A stretch of 64,000 nucleotides of DNA from Tepidisphaera sp. (GTDB lineage Bacteria; Planctomycetota; Phycisphaerae; Phycisphaerales; UBA1924). This document shows positions 1 through 8,907 of this stretch, in pieces. Every line of letters begins with the position of its first letter. Position 1 is the stretch's first letter. Below the pieces are notes generated by a model that was not told where the DNA came from, made no database searches, and worked only from the letters and a program-made list of their open reading frames with translations. The DNA lies in contig CP051526.1 in NCBI GenBank assembly GCA_050916045.1, forward strand, positions 1,152,001 to 1,216,000, given 5' to 3'. Both the position numbers and the translations under genes were made by a program.

Positions 1-1289
1 TTCTCTCTCGTCATCTGGATGCGGGTGCGCGGACGCTGCTGGAACGGGATTCGGCGTCGTTCCTGCATCAGTCGTTGTCGACGCCGTGCCTGAACGCGCT
101 GGTTTCGGCGCGGGGTTCGGTTCTGACGGATGTGGCGGGGCGGCAGATTCTTGATTTTCACGGGAACAGCGTGCATCAGCTCGGGCATGCGCACCCGCGG
201 GTGGTGGAAGCGGTGAAGCGGCAGCTTGACGAGATGGCTTTTTGTCCGCGGCGGTTTACGAATGAGCCTGCGGTGGCGTGTGCGGAGCGACTGGCTGAGC
301 TGACGGGTGGGCGGCTTTCGAAGGTGCTGCTCGCACCGGGGGGGTCGCTAGCGATCGGGATGGCGATGAAGCTTGCGCGGATCGCGACGGGGCGGCACAA
401 GACGCTTTCGATGTGGGGAGCGTTTCACGGCGCGGGGCTGGATGCGATTTCGATTGGCGGGGAGTCGGTGTTTCGTGAGCACGTGGGGCCGCTTCTTCCG
501 GGGTGCGAGCATGTGATGCCGTGCCGGCCGTCGCGGTGCGGCGCGGGATGTTCGGGGGGCGGGCTGGTGTGTGCCTCAGCGTTGGAAGCGGTGCTGGAGC
601 AGGAGCCGGACATCGGAGCGGTGATCGCGGAGCCTGTGCGATGCACGACGGTGGACATTCCGCATGCGGAGTACTGGAAGCGAGTGCGCGCGGCGTGCGA
701 CCGGCACGGGGTGCTGCTTGTGTTTGACGAGATTCCGACGGGGCTTGGCCGGACGGGGCGGATGTTCTCGTACGAGCACTTCGGGGTTGAGCCGGACATT
801 CTGGTGCTTGGGAAGGGGTTGGGCGGCGGGGTGATCGCGCAGGCGGCGGTGCTTGCGAGGCCGGAGCTTGATGTGGCGGGGTTCACGGCGCTCGGGCATT
901 ACACGCACGAGAAGAGCCCGCTTGGGGCGGCGGCGGCGCTGGCGACGCTTGATGTGCTTCGGGATGAGGGTTTGGTGGAGCGGTCGTGGAGCCGGGGGAA
1001 TCGGTGGCGGCAAGAGCTTGGGGAGCGGCTTGGGCCGACGGGGCTGGTGGGGGAAATCCGCGGGCTTGGGATGCTCATCGGGGTTGAGATGCGATCGCCG
1101 ACGGGGAGCGAGCGGGAGTCTGCGGCGCTGGCGAGTCGGGTGCTTTATCTGTGCATGGAGCGCGGGCTGAGTCTGAAGGTTTCGGACGGACGTGTGCTGA
1201 CGCTGGTGCCGCCGCTGAATGTCTCCGAGGAGGAGCTTGGCAGGGCGACGGGTATTCTCGCTGGTGCGTTCGCGACGGCGATGGGATGA
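1..1289 (+). CDS. pbfA: Class III PLP aminotransferase-family protein, PbfA-like (R)-1-hydroxy-2-aminoethylphosphonate ammonia-lyase; 5'-truncated by window edge
   Basis: Frame is open from position 3 (LLERDSASFLHQSLSTPCL). Motifs DFHGNSVHQLG, PRRFTNE, FHGAGLDAISIGGE, DEIPTGLGRTG, LGKGLGGG (PLP Lys) and LGHYTHEKSP match my recollection of PbfA; phosphonate-related neighbours support this. Confidence 0.8.
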   Translation, partial: LSRHLDAGARTLLERDSASFLHQSLSTPCLNALVSARGSVLTDVAGRQILDFHGNSVHQLGHAHPRVVEAVKRQLDEMAFCPRRFTNEPAVACAERLAELTGGRLSKVLLAPGGSLAIGMAMKLARIATGRHKTLSMWGAFHGAGLDAISIGGESVFREHVGPLLPGCEHVMPCRPSRCGAGCSGGGLVCASALEAVLEQEPDIGAVIAEPVRCTTVDIPHAEYWKRVRAACDRHGVLLVFDEIPTGLGRTGRMFSYEHFGVEPDILVLGKGLGGGVIAQAAVLARPELDVAGFTALGHYTHEKSPLGAAAALATLDVLRDEGLVERSWSRGNRWRQELGERLGPTGLVGEIRGLGMLIGVEMRSPTGSERESAALASRVLYLCMERGLSLKVSDGRVLTLVPPLNVSEEELGRATGILAGAFATAMG

Positions 1290-1309
1290 GCGGGTCGGAC
1301 AGCGCGATG

Positions 1310-1343
1310 AAAAAGAAAGCGGGCCGATCAAGGATCGGCCCGC
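1310..1343 (-). terminator. Intrinsic terminator between convergent genes
   Basis: 11-bp stem GCGGGCCGATC/GATCGGCCCGC (1319-1343); the A-tract at 1310-1318 gives a U-tail on the minus strand. Confidence 0.75.
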
Positions 1344-1394
1344 GTGGGTGGACTTTTCAGGTTGGCCTTACTGGCGGTGTCGTCGGCCGGCGAT

Positions 1395-2312
1395 TCAGCG
1401 GGTGCCGGGGACGTACCAGGGGAGGGACTCGTTGAGGTCGACCTTGCCGATGGCTTTCACGTGCCCGTCGCCCCAGGCGGTGTTGCAGCCGCCGTTGTGG
1501 CGGAAGTATTCCTTCTGCCAGTTGGTGAAGCGAGGGTCGGCACCGTCGACCTCGGGGTTGTACTGCGAGAGGTCGTTGAGGGTGTCGCCGTTGGCGTCGA
1601 GCATGTGCTCAAAGGCGTCCTGGAACATGATGAGCCCGGAGGGCTGGAAGACGTCGGAGACCTTGGTGGCTCTGGAGATGACGCGGCCGTAGGCGGCGAC
1701 GTACTGGCGGCGCCACCAGGTCATGGCGGGGCGGGTGGAGTTGAACTCGTTGCGCTCGACGCCGTTGAAGCCGTAGGTCTGGTAGTGGTGGTCGGGGTCG
1801 AAGTTGGTTTCGGAGGGGTAGGGGTCCATCTTCTGGGCGGCGGGGCAGCGCCAGACCTTCCAGCCCGGGAAGGGGGGGTTGTTTTCGCCGACCCAAGGCA
1901 TGCGGGCGGTGTACCAGAGGGGATCGATGTTGATGTTGAGGTAGGTGTCGTAGATGGCGCCCCAGTAGGCGAAGTCGGTCTCGGCGCCGTCGTTGGTGAA
2001 GTTGGGGATGTAGGGGCGGAGGAGGCGGAGGTTGTTGGGCTCGTAGGGGCCGGCGAGGTTGATGCGGGTGAAGCGGGCGCCGTAATTCTGACGCTTGGCG
2101 TGGTGGATGTCCTTGAAGTCGGTGGCGTAGGCGTTGATGGCGGCGTAGACGGTGCGCTGGTTGGCGGCGCAGACGACCTGGCGTGCGGCACCGCGGGCGG
2201 CTCCGAGGGCGGGGAGGAGCAAGCCGATGAGGAGGGCGATGATGGCGATCACCACCAGCAGCTCGATGAGCGTAAAGCCACGCGGACGAATCTCGCTGGA
2301 TGCCCGAATCAT
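1395..2312 (-). CDS. Prepilin-type N-terminal cleavage/methylation protein with H-X9-DG C-terminus (planctomycete DUF1559-like)
   Basis: RGFTLIELLVVIAIIALLIGLLLPAL N-terminus, ARQVVCAAN, C-terminal RHNGGCNTAWGDGHV; SD GAAAGGA upstream of ATG 2312. Confidence 0.9.
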   Translation of the reverse strand: MIRASSEIRPRGFTLIELLVVIAIIALLIGLLLPALGAARGAARQVVCAANQRTVYAAINAYATDFKDIHHAKRQNYGARFTRINLAGPYEPNNLRLLRPYIPNFTNDGAETDFAYWGAIYDTYLNINIDPLWYTARMPWVGENNPPFPGWKVWRCPAAQKMDPYPSETNFDPDHHYQTYGFNGVERNEFNSTRPAMTWWRRQYVAAYGRVISRATKVSDVFQPSGLIMFQDAFEHMLDANGDTLNDLSQYNPEVDGADPRFTNWQKEYFRHNGGCNTAWGDGHVKAIGKVDLNESLPWYVPGTR

Positions 2313-2364
2313 GAGAGTCCTTTCGATGTCAACCACGGGGCAGCGACGAAAGCCCCGGCAAATC

Positions 2365-2434
2365 ACTATACCGCGAACGCGTTTGGTGACACGCTTTGTC
2401 GCGCGCAGAATCCATGAAGATTTCGTGATGATGG
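2365..2434 (-). promoter_or_regulatory. Putative Pho-box-like 11-bp repeats plus -10 hexamer for the pilin-like gene
   Basis: Minus strand CCATCATCACG-AAATCTTCATG-GATTCTGCGCG (2434-2402); TATAGT at 2370-2365, 31 nt (20+11) downstream. Confidence 0.5.
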
Positions 2435-2466
2435 GGAGGGATGGTGGCGCTCACGGACCTTTAGGA

Positions 2467-2515
2467 GAAGCTTGTTGGAATCTTGCGATGCACAAGAACG
2501 TGCGTCGTGTAGATT
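2467..2515 (+). promoter_or_regulatory. Putative degenerate Pho-box-like repeats plus -10 hexamer for the large surface protein
   Basis: GAAGCTTGTTG-GAATCTTGCGA (2467-2488), 21-nt gap, TAGATT (2510-2515). Confidence 0.4.
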
Positions 2516-2585
2516 TGGGTCCGATGGCCTGCTTCGCGAGCGTCGCGAGAGTTCTGGCAGATCGCCCTTTGACGGAGATCGAGAG

Positions 2586-5500
2586 ATGAATCGAGTTTCA
2601 AGTGCAGTACGGTTGCTTGTCGCCGCTGCGGGGCTTGCGCTCCCCGGTGTTGCGATGGGTCAGGTGTTCTACAGCGAGAACTTCAACAGCGCGGTGCTGA
2701 ACCAGGCGTCGGGCGATCCGCGCGTGACGGCGGCGTGCGGCAGCAACGCTCCGGCGTTCACGCACAACCCGCCCGCGGGCTGGGTGAACGACATCTGCGG
2801 CGTGTCGTCGTACAACTGCCGCACGGGCTGCCCCCCGTACCCCGGCATCAACTGCGCCGAGTGCACGAACAACGAAGGCGTGTTTGAGTGGGAAGGCTGG
2901 TCGTTTGCTTCGACGGCGTTCTGGGGCGTTCGCACGGACGATCAGGGCCGTCGTCTGTTCACGCTCGCGACGGGCAACGTCGCGGTTGCGGACTCGGACG
3001 AGTGGGACGATCGCGGCGATCCGGACAGCCGCTGCGGCTACTACAACGCGGTGATGAGCACGCCGGCGATCAGCCTGGCGGGCGCTTCGCTCGAGACGCT
3101 CGCGTTCACGTTCGACTCCTCGTGGCAGTACGAGGGCTTTGATGACGGTCGCACTGCGACGAACAACCAGACGGCGATCATCCGCGCGTTCTACACGGTT
3201 GGCGGCGTCGAGCAGCCCGGCGTGGACGTCCTTCACTGGGACTCTGACGACGGCACGAACTCGGGCAACGGTTCTCCGAGCCCGTTCTTCAAGCCCGACG
3301 CTCCGAACGAGACGGTGATCCTGGCTGCGGGCGATCTTCAGGCTCCGGCGGGCGCGACGGCGGTGCGGTTTGAGTTCGCGTACCTCAATGCGGCGAACGA
3401 CTGGTGGTGGGCGATGGACAATCTGGCCCTGACGGCGGATGTGTCCGGGTCTCCCGCGACGATCTTCGCGGAGAGCTTCGAGAGCGTGACGCTTCAGCCG
3501 CCGGTGCACGAGGTGCCCACGGGCTGCGGCGCGACGTACTGCGGCGATCTGACGTACACGCACGACGGTCCGAACGGCGTGGTCGTGACCCTCGACCCGT
3601 CCGTGACGGGCGGCGTGCCGGACTGGCGCGGCTGGTCGTTCGTCGAGCGCGACTTCTGGCGCTGCGCGTCGGGCGGTCCGAACGGTTCGGCGTTCACCAA
3701 CTCCTCCGGTCTGGTGGCGGTGGCGGACGGCGACGAGTTTGACGACATCGCCAACAGCGACGGTCCGCTGGACACGACGCTGAACACGCCGTCGATCGAC
3801 CTCTCGGGTCGCACCGGCGATGTGGTGGTGCTGACCTTCAATTCCAGCTGGCGCTGGGAGTCGGGTCAGACGGCGATCCTGACGGCCGAGTACAACACCG
3901 GGGAGATCGTCGAGGTTCTGCGGTTTGAATCCGATCAGAACTCGCCGAACTTCAAGCCCGACGCGGTGAACGAGCTTGCGGCGAGCGCGCTGCTGGTTCC
4001 GGAAAACGCCTCGTCGGTGGTGCTGCGGTTCCGCTACATCGGCGGGAACAACTGGTGGTGGGCGATCGACGACATCAACGTCTTCGAGGGCATCGCGAAC
4101 ATCACGATCGCTTCGGTGAACGCTTCGCGGGCGCCGATGACGCTCGCCCCGTCGATCGATTACGCTCCGTGCTTCACCCCGTGGTCGCCCGCGGGCCCCC
4201 AGGGCTGGACGAGCACGTTTGACACGCTGGGCACGTGCCCGGTGGACTGCGGCGTGCCGGAGTGGCGTGGCTGGTCGTTTGCGAACAAGGACTGGTGGGT
4301 TCAGGCTGCGGGTGACCAGGAGCGTTCGCAGTTCACGCTGGGCCAGGGCTTTGTCGCGATCGCGGATCCGGACGAGTGGGACGACGCTCCCAACGGCCGG
4401 TCGAACTTCAACGCGTTCCTGACGAGCCCGTCGATCGCGCTTCCGGGCTCGATCTCTTCGGCTTCGTTCAACTTCGCGTCGAGCTGGCGCTACGAGGGCT
4501 TTGACGACAACTGCTCGTGCCTCCCGGGCGGCGAGCGTCTGAACAATCAGACGGCCGTGATCCGTGCGATCTACACGGTCGGCGGCGTCGAGCAGGCTCC
4601 GGTTGAGGTTCTCCGCTGGGATTCCGACGACGGCTCGAACTCGGGCACGGGCGTTCCGAGCGCGTTCTTCAAGCCGGATAACACGAACGAAGCGGTCACG
4701 ATTCCGGCTTCGGCTCTGTCGATCCCGTCGGGCGCGCAGTCGGTCCGGTTCGAGTTCTCGCTGACCAACTCCCGCAACGACTGGTGGTGGGCGGTTGACA
4801 ACCTGAACTTCGTGATCAACGGCAACTCGGTCTTCACCGAGAACTTCGAGGATCCGACGGCGCTGCAGGCGGTGGCTTTCGAGCCCGCGCCGGTCGCGCA
4901 GTGCCAGTACTGGTCCGCGATCAGCGCTCAGCCGGGCAACCTGACGGTCGACAACAGCGGGATCACGGGCTGCTCGGACGGTGATGACTACTACGGCTTC
5001 AACGCGTGGCTGGTGGACGCTTGGGCCCGTTCGCAGGGCGGCCTGCGGACGCAGCACCTGGCGGCGACGGCGTTCATCTCCGACTTCGCGGCTCGCGGCT
5101 GCGACGGTGTGGCGCGTCTGATCACTCCGTCGTACGGGATCGGTGGCGTGAACCCCGACTCGGCGGTGCTCTCGTTCCGTTCGGGCTGGTTCGCGGAAGC
5201 GGGCCACGTCTCGACGGTTGAAGTCTCCTACAACAACGGCGCGACGTGGGTGAACGTGCTCACGTGGAACCCGTCGAACAAGGTTTCGAACCCCGACGAG
5301 GTTGTCTCGATCGGCCTGAACAACCCGAACAACTCGAGCACGGTCCGGGTGCGGTTCAGCGATTCGCAGTCCGGCTGGTGGGCGGTGAGCGACATCCAGA
5401 TCACCGGCACGGTCGGCATCGCGACGGGTTGCGCGGCGGACTTCAACGGCGACGACTTCATCGACTTCTTCGACTACGATGACTATGTGAACTGCTTCGA

Positions 5501-5606
5501 GACGGGCAACTGCCCGCCCGGCAAGACCGCCGACTTCAACGGCGATGAGTTCGTGGACTTCTTCGACTACGACGACTTCGTCGGCCTCTTCGAGGTCGGC
5601 TGCTAA
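2586..5606 (+). CDS. Secreted multi-module surface protein (3-4 Trp/Asp-rich beta-sandwich-like repeats) with C-terminal GC-type dockerin-like anchor
   Basis: Signal peptide MNRVSS...VAMG. Repeated motifs W.GWSF, AVAD.DE(W/F)DD, F.SSW.(Y/W)E, FKPD..NE and WWWA.D. C-terminus has two ADFNGD.F.DFFDYDD repeats and ends in GC. Confidence 0.85.
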   Translation: MNRVSSAVRLLVAAAGLALPGVAMGQVFYSENFNSAVLNQASGDPRVTAACGSNAPAFTHNPPAGWVNDICGVSSYNCRTGCPPYPGINCAECTNNEGVFEWEGWSFASTAFWGVRTDDQGRRLFTLATGNVAVADSDEWDDRGDPDSRCGYYNAVMSTPAISLAGASLETLAFTFDSSWQYEGFDDGRTATNNQTAIIRAFYTVGGVEQPGVDVLHWDSDDGTNSGNGSPSPFFKPDAPNETVILAAGDLQAPAGATAVRFEFAYLNAANDWWWAMDNLALTADVSGSPATIFAESFESVTLQPPVHEVPTGCGATYCGDLTYTHDGPNGVVVTLDPSVTGGVPDWRGWSFVERDFWRCASGGPNGSAFTNSSGLVAVADGDEFDDIANSDGPLDTTLNTPSIDLSGRTGDVVVLTFNSSWRWESGQTAILTAEYNTGEIVEVLRFESDQNSPNFKPDAVNELAASALLVPENASSVVLRFRYIGGNNWWWAIDDINVFEGIANITIASVNASRAPMTLAPSIDYAPCFTPWSPAGPQGWTSTFDTLGTCPVDCGVPEWRGWSFANKDWWVQAAGDQERSQFTLGQGFVAIADPDEWDDAPNGRSNFNAFLTSPSIALPGSISSASFNFASSWRYEGFDDNCSCLPGGERLNNQTAVIRAIYTVGGVEQAPVEVLRWDSDDGSNSGTGVPSAFFKPDNTNEAVTIPASALSIPSGAQSVRFEFSLTNSRNDWWWAVDNLNFVINGNSVFTENFEDPTALQAVAFEPAPVAQCQYWSAISAQPGNLTVDNSGITGCSDGDDYYGFNAWLVDAWARSQGGLRTQHLAATAFISDFAARGCDGVARLITPSYGIGGVNPDSAVLSFRSGWFAEAGHVSTVEVSYNNGATWVNVLTWNPSNKVSNPDEVVSIGLNNPNNSSTVRVRFSDSQSGWWAVSDIQITGTVGIATGCAADFNGDDFIDFFDYDDYVNCFETGNCPPGKTADFNGDEFVDFFDYDDFVGLFEVGC

Positions 5607-5618
5607 AGCGAATGATCA

Positions 5619-5653
5619 CCGCCGCCGCGTCGAAGGACGCGGCGGCGGCTTTC
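5619..5653 (+). terminator. Hairpin/terminator after the surface-protein gene
   Basis: 13-bp stem CCGCCGCCGCGTC/GACGCGGCGGCGG, GAAG loop, short CTTT tail (probably leaky). Confidence 0.6.
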
Positions 5654-5661
5654 AAGGAACG

Positions 5662-6996
5662 ATGCGAAGCTCGGTAATCTTCCGCGTGCTGGTGCTGGCT
5701 CTCGCCTTGGCGGCGACGCGGTCGGCTTTCGCGCACCCCAAGCCCGGCGCGCACGCGGACGTTCGTTTCTCGGTGGATCAGCGGTCGGTGCGGGGCGAGT
5801 TCCTGATGAACCTCCGGTTCGCGCAGGCGGTGGTCAATTGGCCGCAGGCGATGCGCGACGAGGTCGGGGCGGCCGAGGAACCGGAGCTTCGGCGGGCGCT
5901 GACGGAGTATCTCGGGGGTGAGCCTTCGGGGCGAGCGGGCTCGGTGGTGGACCGTCCGAACGCGGTGGTGATCAACGGAGTCACGGTCAGTCCGATCGTG
6001 AGGGAGTTTCGGATCGTCATACCGCAGCCGGAGACCCGCCCGGGGTTCGTCGATGTGGCGCAGGCGATGCTGCCGCAGATTCTGATGATCGTCGACTACC
6101 CGTCTCGCGATCAGCCGCGCTCGGTGGAGTTCAAGTGGGGGACCTTTCCGCGTGACTTTCTCGCGCAGGATCGCGATCTGGCTCCGCTGACGGACATCGA
6201 CGCGGTGATCCTGGCGGAGGGTGACGCGATCCCCGTGGTCTTCACGGTCGGAGCGCCGACGCACACGTGGAAAGCATCGGCAACGAGCCTCGCGGACCGG
6301 TTTCAGGCGGTGCCGGCACCGGCGGCTCCGCGGCGCCGCACCGTGCCCGCGCTGTCGGTGGTGGTCCTGTTGGTCGGTGCGGGGCTGGTGGCGGGAGCGT
6401 GGCGGATGGGGGCGTCGTCGGGGCCCGTGCGGTTCGCTCGCGGGGCGGTGGTGGCGTCTCTCGCGATCGGCGCGGCGGTGGCCGTCGGGTCGGTGGGCCG
6501 GGTGCCGTCGCCGCGATGGGCGGATTCCGGCCCGGCGCTTCCGACGGTGGAGGAAGCGGCACAGGTGTTCAAACCGGTTCACGCCAACATGTACCGAGCG
6601 TTTGACTACGTCGCCGAGGAGGACATCTACGACGCTCTGGCGCGGAGCGTGGACGGCCCGCTGCTTGCGAAGACGTACGACGAGATCTATCGAAGCCTGA
6701 TCATGCACGAAGAGGGTGGCGCGCTCAGCCGGATCCGATCGGTGCGGCCCATGGAGACGAACGTCGACCTCATCGACGCGGACGAGGGCGGGCATCCGCG
6801 GCTGACGGTGACCGCGCGGTGGCGTGTGGACGGGGTGGTGTTCCACTGGGGGCATTCGCACGAGCGGACCAACGAGTATCTCGCGAGGTACACGCTTGCG
6901 TCGGCGGGTGGTGCGTGGCGGATCACGGGGGTGGTTCCGCTGGAGCAGCGTCGCGTCGAGGTCGTGCCTGCGGTGGCTTCGGGGGGCGCTCCGTGA
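5662..6996 (+). CDS. Hypothetical exported/membrane protein with C-terminal HWGHSHER motif
   Basis: Signal peptide ending AFA|HP, two central hydrophobic helices, His-rich FHWGHSHERTNEY; overlaps the next gene (GTGA). Confidence 0.75.
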   Translation: MRSSVIFRVLVLALALAATRSAFAHPKPGAHADVRFSVDQRSVRGEFLMNLRFAQAVVNWPQAMRDEVGAAEEPELRRALTEYLGGEPSGRAGSVVDRPNAVVINGVTVSPIVREFRIVIPQPETRPGFVDVAQAMLPQILMIVDYPSRDQPRSVEFKWGTFPRDFLAQDRDLAPLTDIDAVILAEGDAIPVVFTVGAPTHTWKASATSLADRFQAVPAPAAPRRRTVPALSVVVLLVGAGLVAGAWRMGASSGPVRFARGAVVASLAIGAAVAVGSVGRVPSPRWADSGPALPTVEEAAQVFKPVHANMYRAFDYVAEEDIYDALARSVDGPLLAKTYDEIYRSLIMHEEGGALSRIRSVRPMETNVDLIDADEGGHPRLTVTARWRVDGVVFHWGHSHERTNEYLARYTLASAGGAWRITGVVPLEQRRVEVVPAVASGGAP

Positions 6997-7658
6997 CGGC
7001 GATCGCGGTGGAGGTTCACGATGCGCTGTATTCGCACGGTGGCGGGTTTGCGCTTCGGGTGCCTCATCTGCGGGTGATGGCGGGTGAGCGCGTGGCGGTT
7101 GTGGGCCCGAGCGGATCGGGCAAGACGACGCTTCTGGATCTGATCGCGGGGATCCGTGTGCCTCAGACCGGCCGGATCGAGGTGCTCGGGCACGAGATGT
7201 CGTCGCTTCCCGAGCCTCGGCGCCGGGAGGTCAGGTTCTCGCAGGTCGGGATGGCGTTCCAGGAGTTTGAGCTTTTGGAGTATCTGTCGGCGCGGGAGAA
7301 CATCCTCCTTTCGGAGTATGTGGGCGGGCGGGCGGCGGGCGCGGAGGAGGAATTGGCGGCGCTGGCCCGCGAGTCCGGGATCGAGCACACACTGGATCGT
7401 CCGCCGGCCAAGCTGTCGCAGGGTGAGCGTCAGCGCGTGGCTTTGTGCCGGGCACTGCTGTCGCGTCCGAAGCTGATCTTGTGCGATGAGCCGACGGGGA
7501 ACCTCGATCGGCGGTCGGCGGACACGGTGATTGAGCTTTTGTTTCGTCACGCCGAGCGTGCGGGTGCGGCGGTGGTGATGGCGACGCACGATCAGAGCTT
7601 GTTGCCTCGGTTCGGGCGGACGGTGGATGTCGCGTCGTGGTCGGGGGGTGGGCGATGA
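6993..7658 (+). CDS. ABC transporter ATP-binding protein (LolD/MacB-like)
   Basis: Walker A GPSGSGKT, signature LSQGE, ILCDEPTGNLD, MATHD. Confidence 0.92.
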   Translation: MTAIAVEVHDALYSHGGGFALRVPHLRVMAGERVAVVGPSGSGKTTLLDLIAGIRVPQTGRIEVLGHEMSSLPEPRRREVRFSQVGMAFQEFELLEYLSARENILLSEYVGGRAAGAEEELAALARESGIEHTLDRPPAKLSQGERQRVALCRALLSRPKLILCDEPTGNLDRRSADTVIELLFRHAERAGAAVVMATHDQSLLPRFGRTVDVASWSGGGR

Positions 7659-8842
7659 CGCGGGCTCGCGGCGCGGGGCTTGGGCCGCTGCGGCTGGCGT
7701 TCAAGCACGCGGTGCATCACCGTGCGCGGTCGCTGGTGCTGGCGGCGTGCGTGGCGATCGCGGTGCTGATGCCGGTGACGGTGCGGCTGCTGGTGCGTGA
7801 GATGGAGGAGGCGCTGCGGGCCCGGGCGGATTCGACGCCGCTTCTGATCGGTGCGCGGGGGAACCGGTTCGATCTGGCGATGACGATGCTCTATTTCCGG
7901 GGGGCGCCTTCGGGGACGATCTCGATGGCGGAGTGGGAAGCGGCGGCTTCGGACGGCGGAGGGGCGTTTATTCCGATGAATATCCGGTTCACGGCGCGAG
8001 GGAAGCCGATCGTGGCGACGACGCCCGACTACTTCGAGGCGCGGGGGCTGGTCGCGCGGGAGGGGACGCTTCCGCTGATGCTCGGGGACGCGACGCTGGG
8101 CAGCACACTTGCGGCGCGGCTTGGGGTGACCGTGGGGGAGCGGCTTTTCTCCGATCAGAGGGAGGCTTTCGACCTCGCCAAGCCGCAGGCGCTGTGCATG
8201 AAGGTGGTGGGGGTGCTCGGGCCCAAGGGCACGCCCGACGATGACGCGATTTTCGTGGACCTCAAGACAGCGTGGATTCTCGAGGGCTTGTCCCACGCTC
8301 ATACCAAGCCGACTGAGGTCGCCGCAGGGCTGGTTTTGGAGCGCGACGACCGTTCGGTGCGGTTGAGCGAGGAACTGATCGACTACAACGAGGTGACGGA
8401 AGCGAACGCTCCCGAGTTCCACGTTCACGGCGGGCCTGAGCTTTTGCCGCTGACGGGGGTGCTGGTGATCCCGGATTCGGAGCGGTCGGCGGTGATTCTG
8501 GCTTCGAGGCACAACGCGGGGAGGACGCTCCAGGCGGTGGTGCCGACGGAGGTGGTGCGGGACCTTCTGGGGTATGTGTTCCGGGTGCGAGCGATGCTCG
8601 ACGGGGTGGCGGTGATTGTGGCGTGCCTGACGCTGGCGATGCTTGGGCTGGTGACGGCGCTGTCGGTCCGGGTGCGGTCGCGGGAGATTGCGACGTTCAG
8701 GCGGATCGGGGTGGCTCCGCGGACGATCGCGTGGGTGTTCGCGTGGGAGATCGTCATTCTGGCTGCGGCGGGGGGCGTGGCGGGACTAGGTGTGGCGGTC
8801 GGTGTCGCCGCAGCGGCTCCGGATCTCGTGAAGTTGTTGTGA
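7655..8842 (+). CDS. ABC transporter permease (FtsX/MacB family)
   Basis: One N-terminal TM, large periplasmic loop, C-terminal TMs with the RSREIATFRRIG motif. Confidence 0.85.
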   Translation: MTRARGAGLGPLRLAFKHAVHHRARSLVLAACVAIAVLMPVTVRLLVREMEEALRARADSTPLLIGARGNRFDLAMTMLYFRGAPSGTISMAEWEAAASDGGGAFIPMNIRFTARGKPIVATTPDYFEARGLVAREGTLPLMLGDATLGSTLAARLGVTVGERLFSDQREAFDLAKPQALCMKVVGVLGPKGTPDDDAIFVDLKTAWILEGLSHAHTKPTEVAAGLVLERDDRSVRLSEELIDYNEVTEANAPEFHVHGGPELLPLTGVLVIPDSERSAVILASRHNAGRTLQAVVPTEVVRDLLGYVFRVRAMLDGVAVIVACLTLAMLGLVTALSVRVRSREIATFRRIGVAPRTIAWVFAWEIVILAAAGGVAGLGVAVGVAAAAPDLVKLL

Positions 8843-8907
8843 ATTCCGCTTGAGGGAGCATCTTGGAGGCGGCGGCGCGTTCTATGAATCCCGCGATGAG
8901 TCTGGTC

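Noticed and set aside
2598..5207. 869-aa antisense ORF and similar long shadow ORFs (9780-12581, 16299-18266, 43821-45980, 55453-57423, 57077-59494)
   Set aside because: Arg/Val-rich antisense frames of well-supported genes; expected in high-GC DNA.
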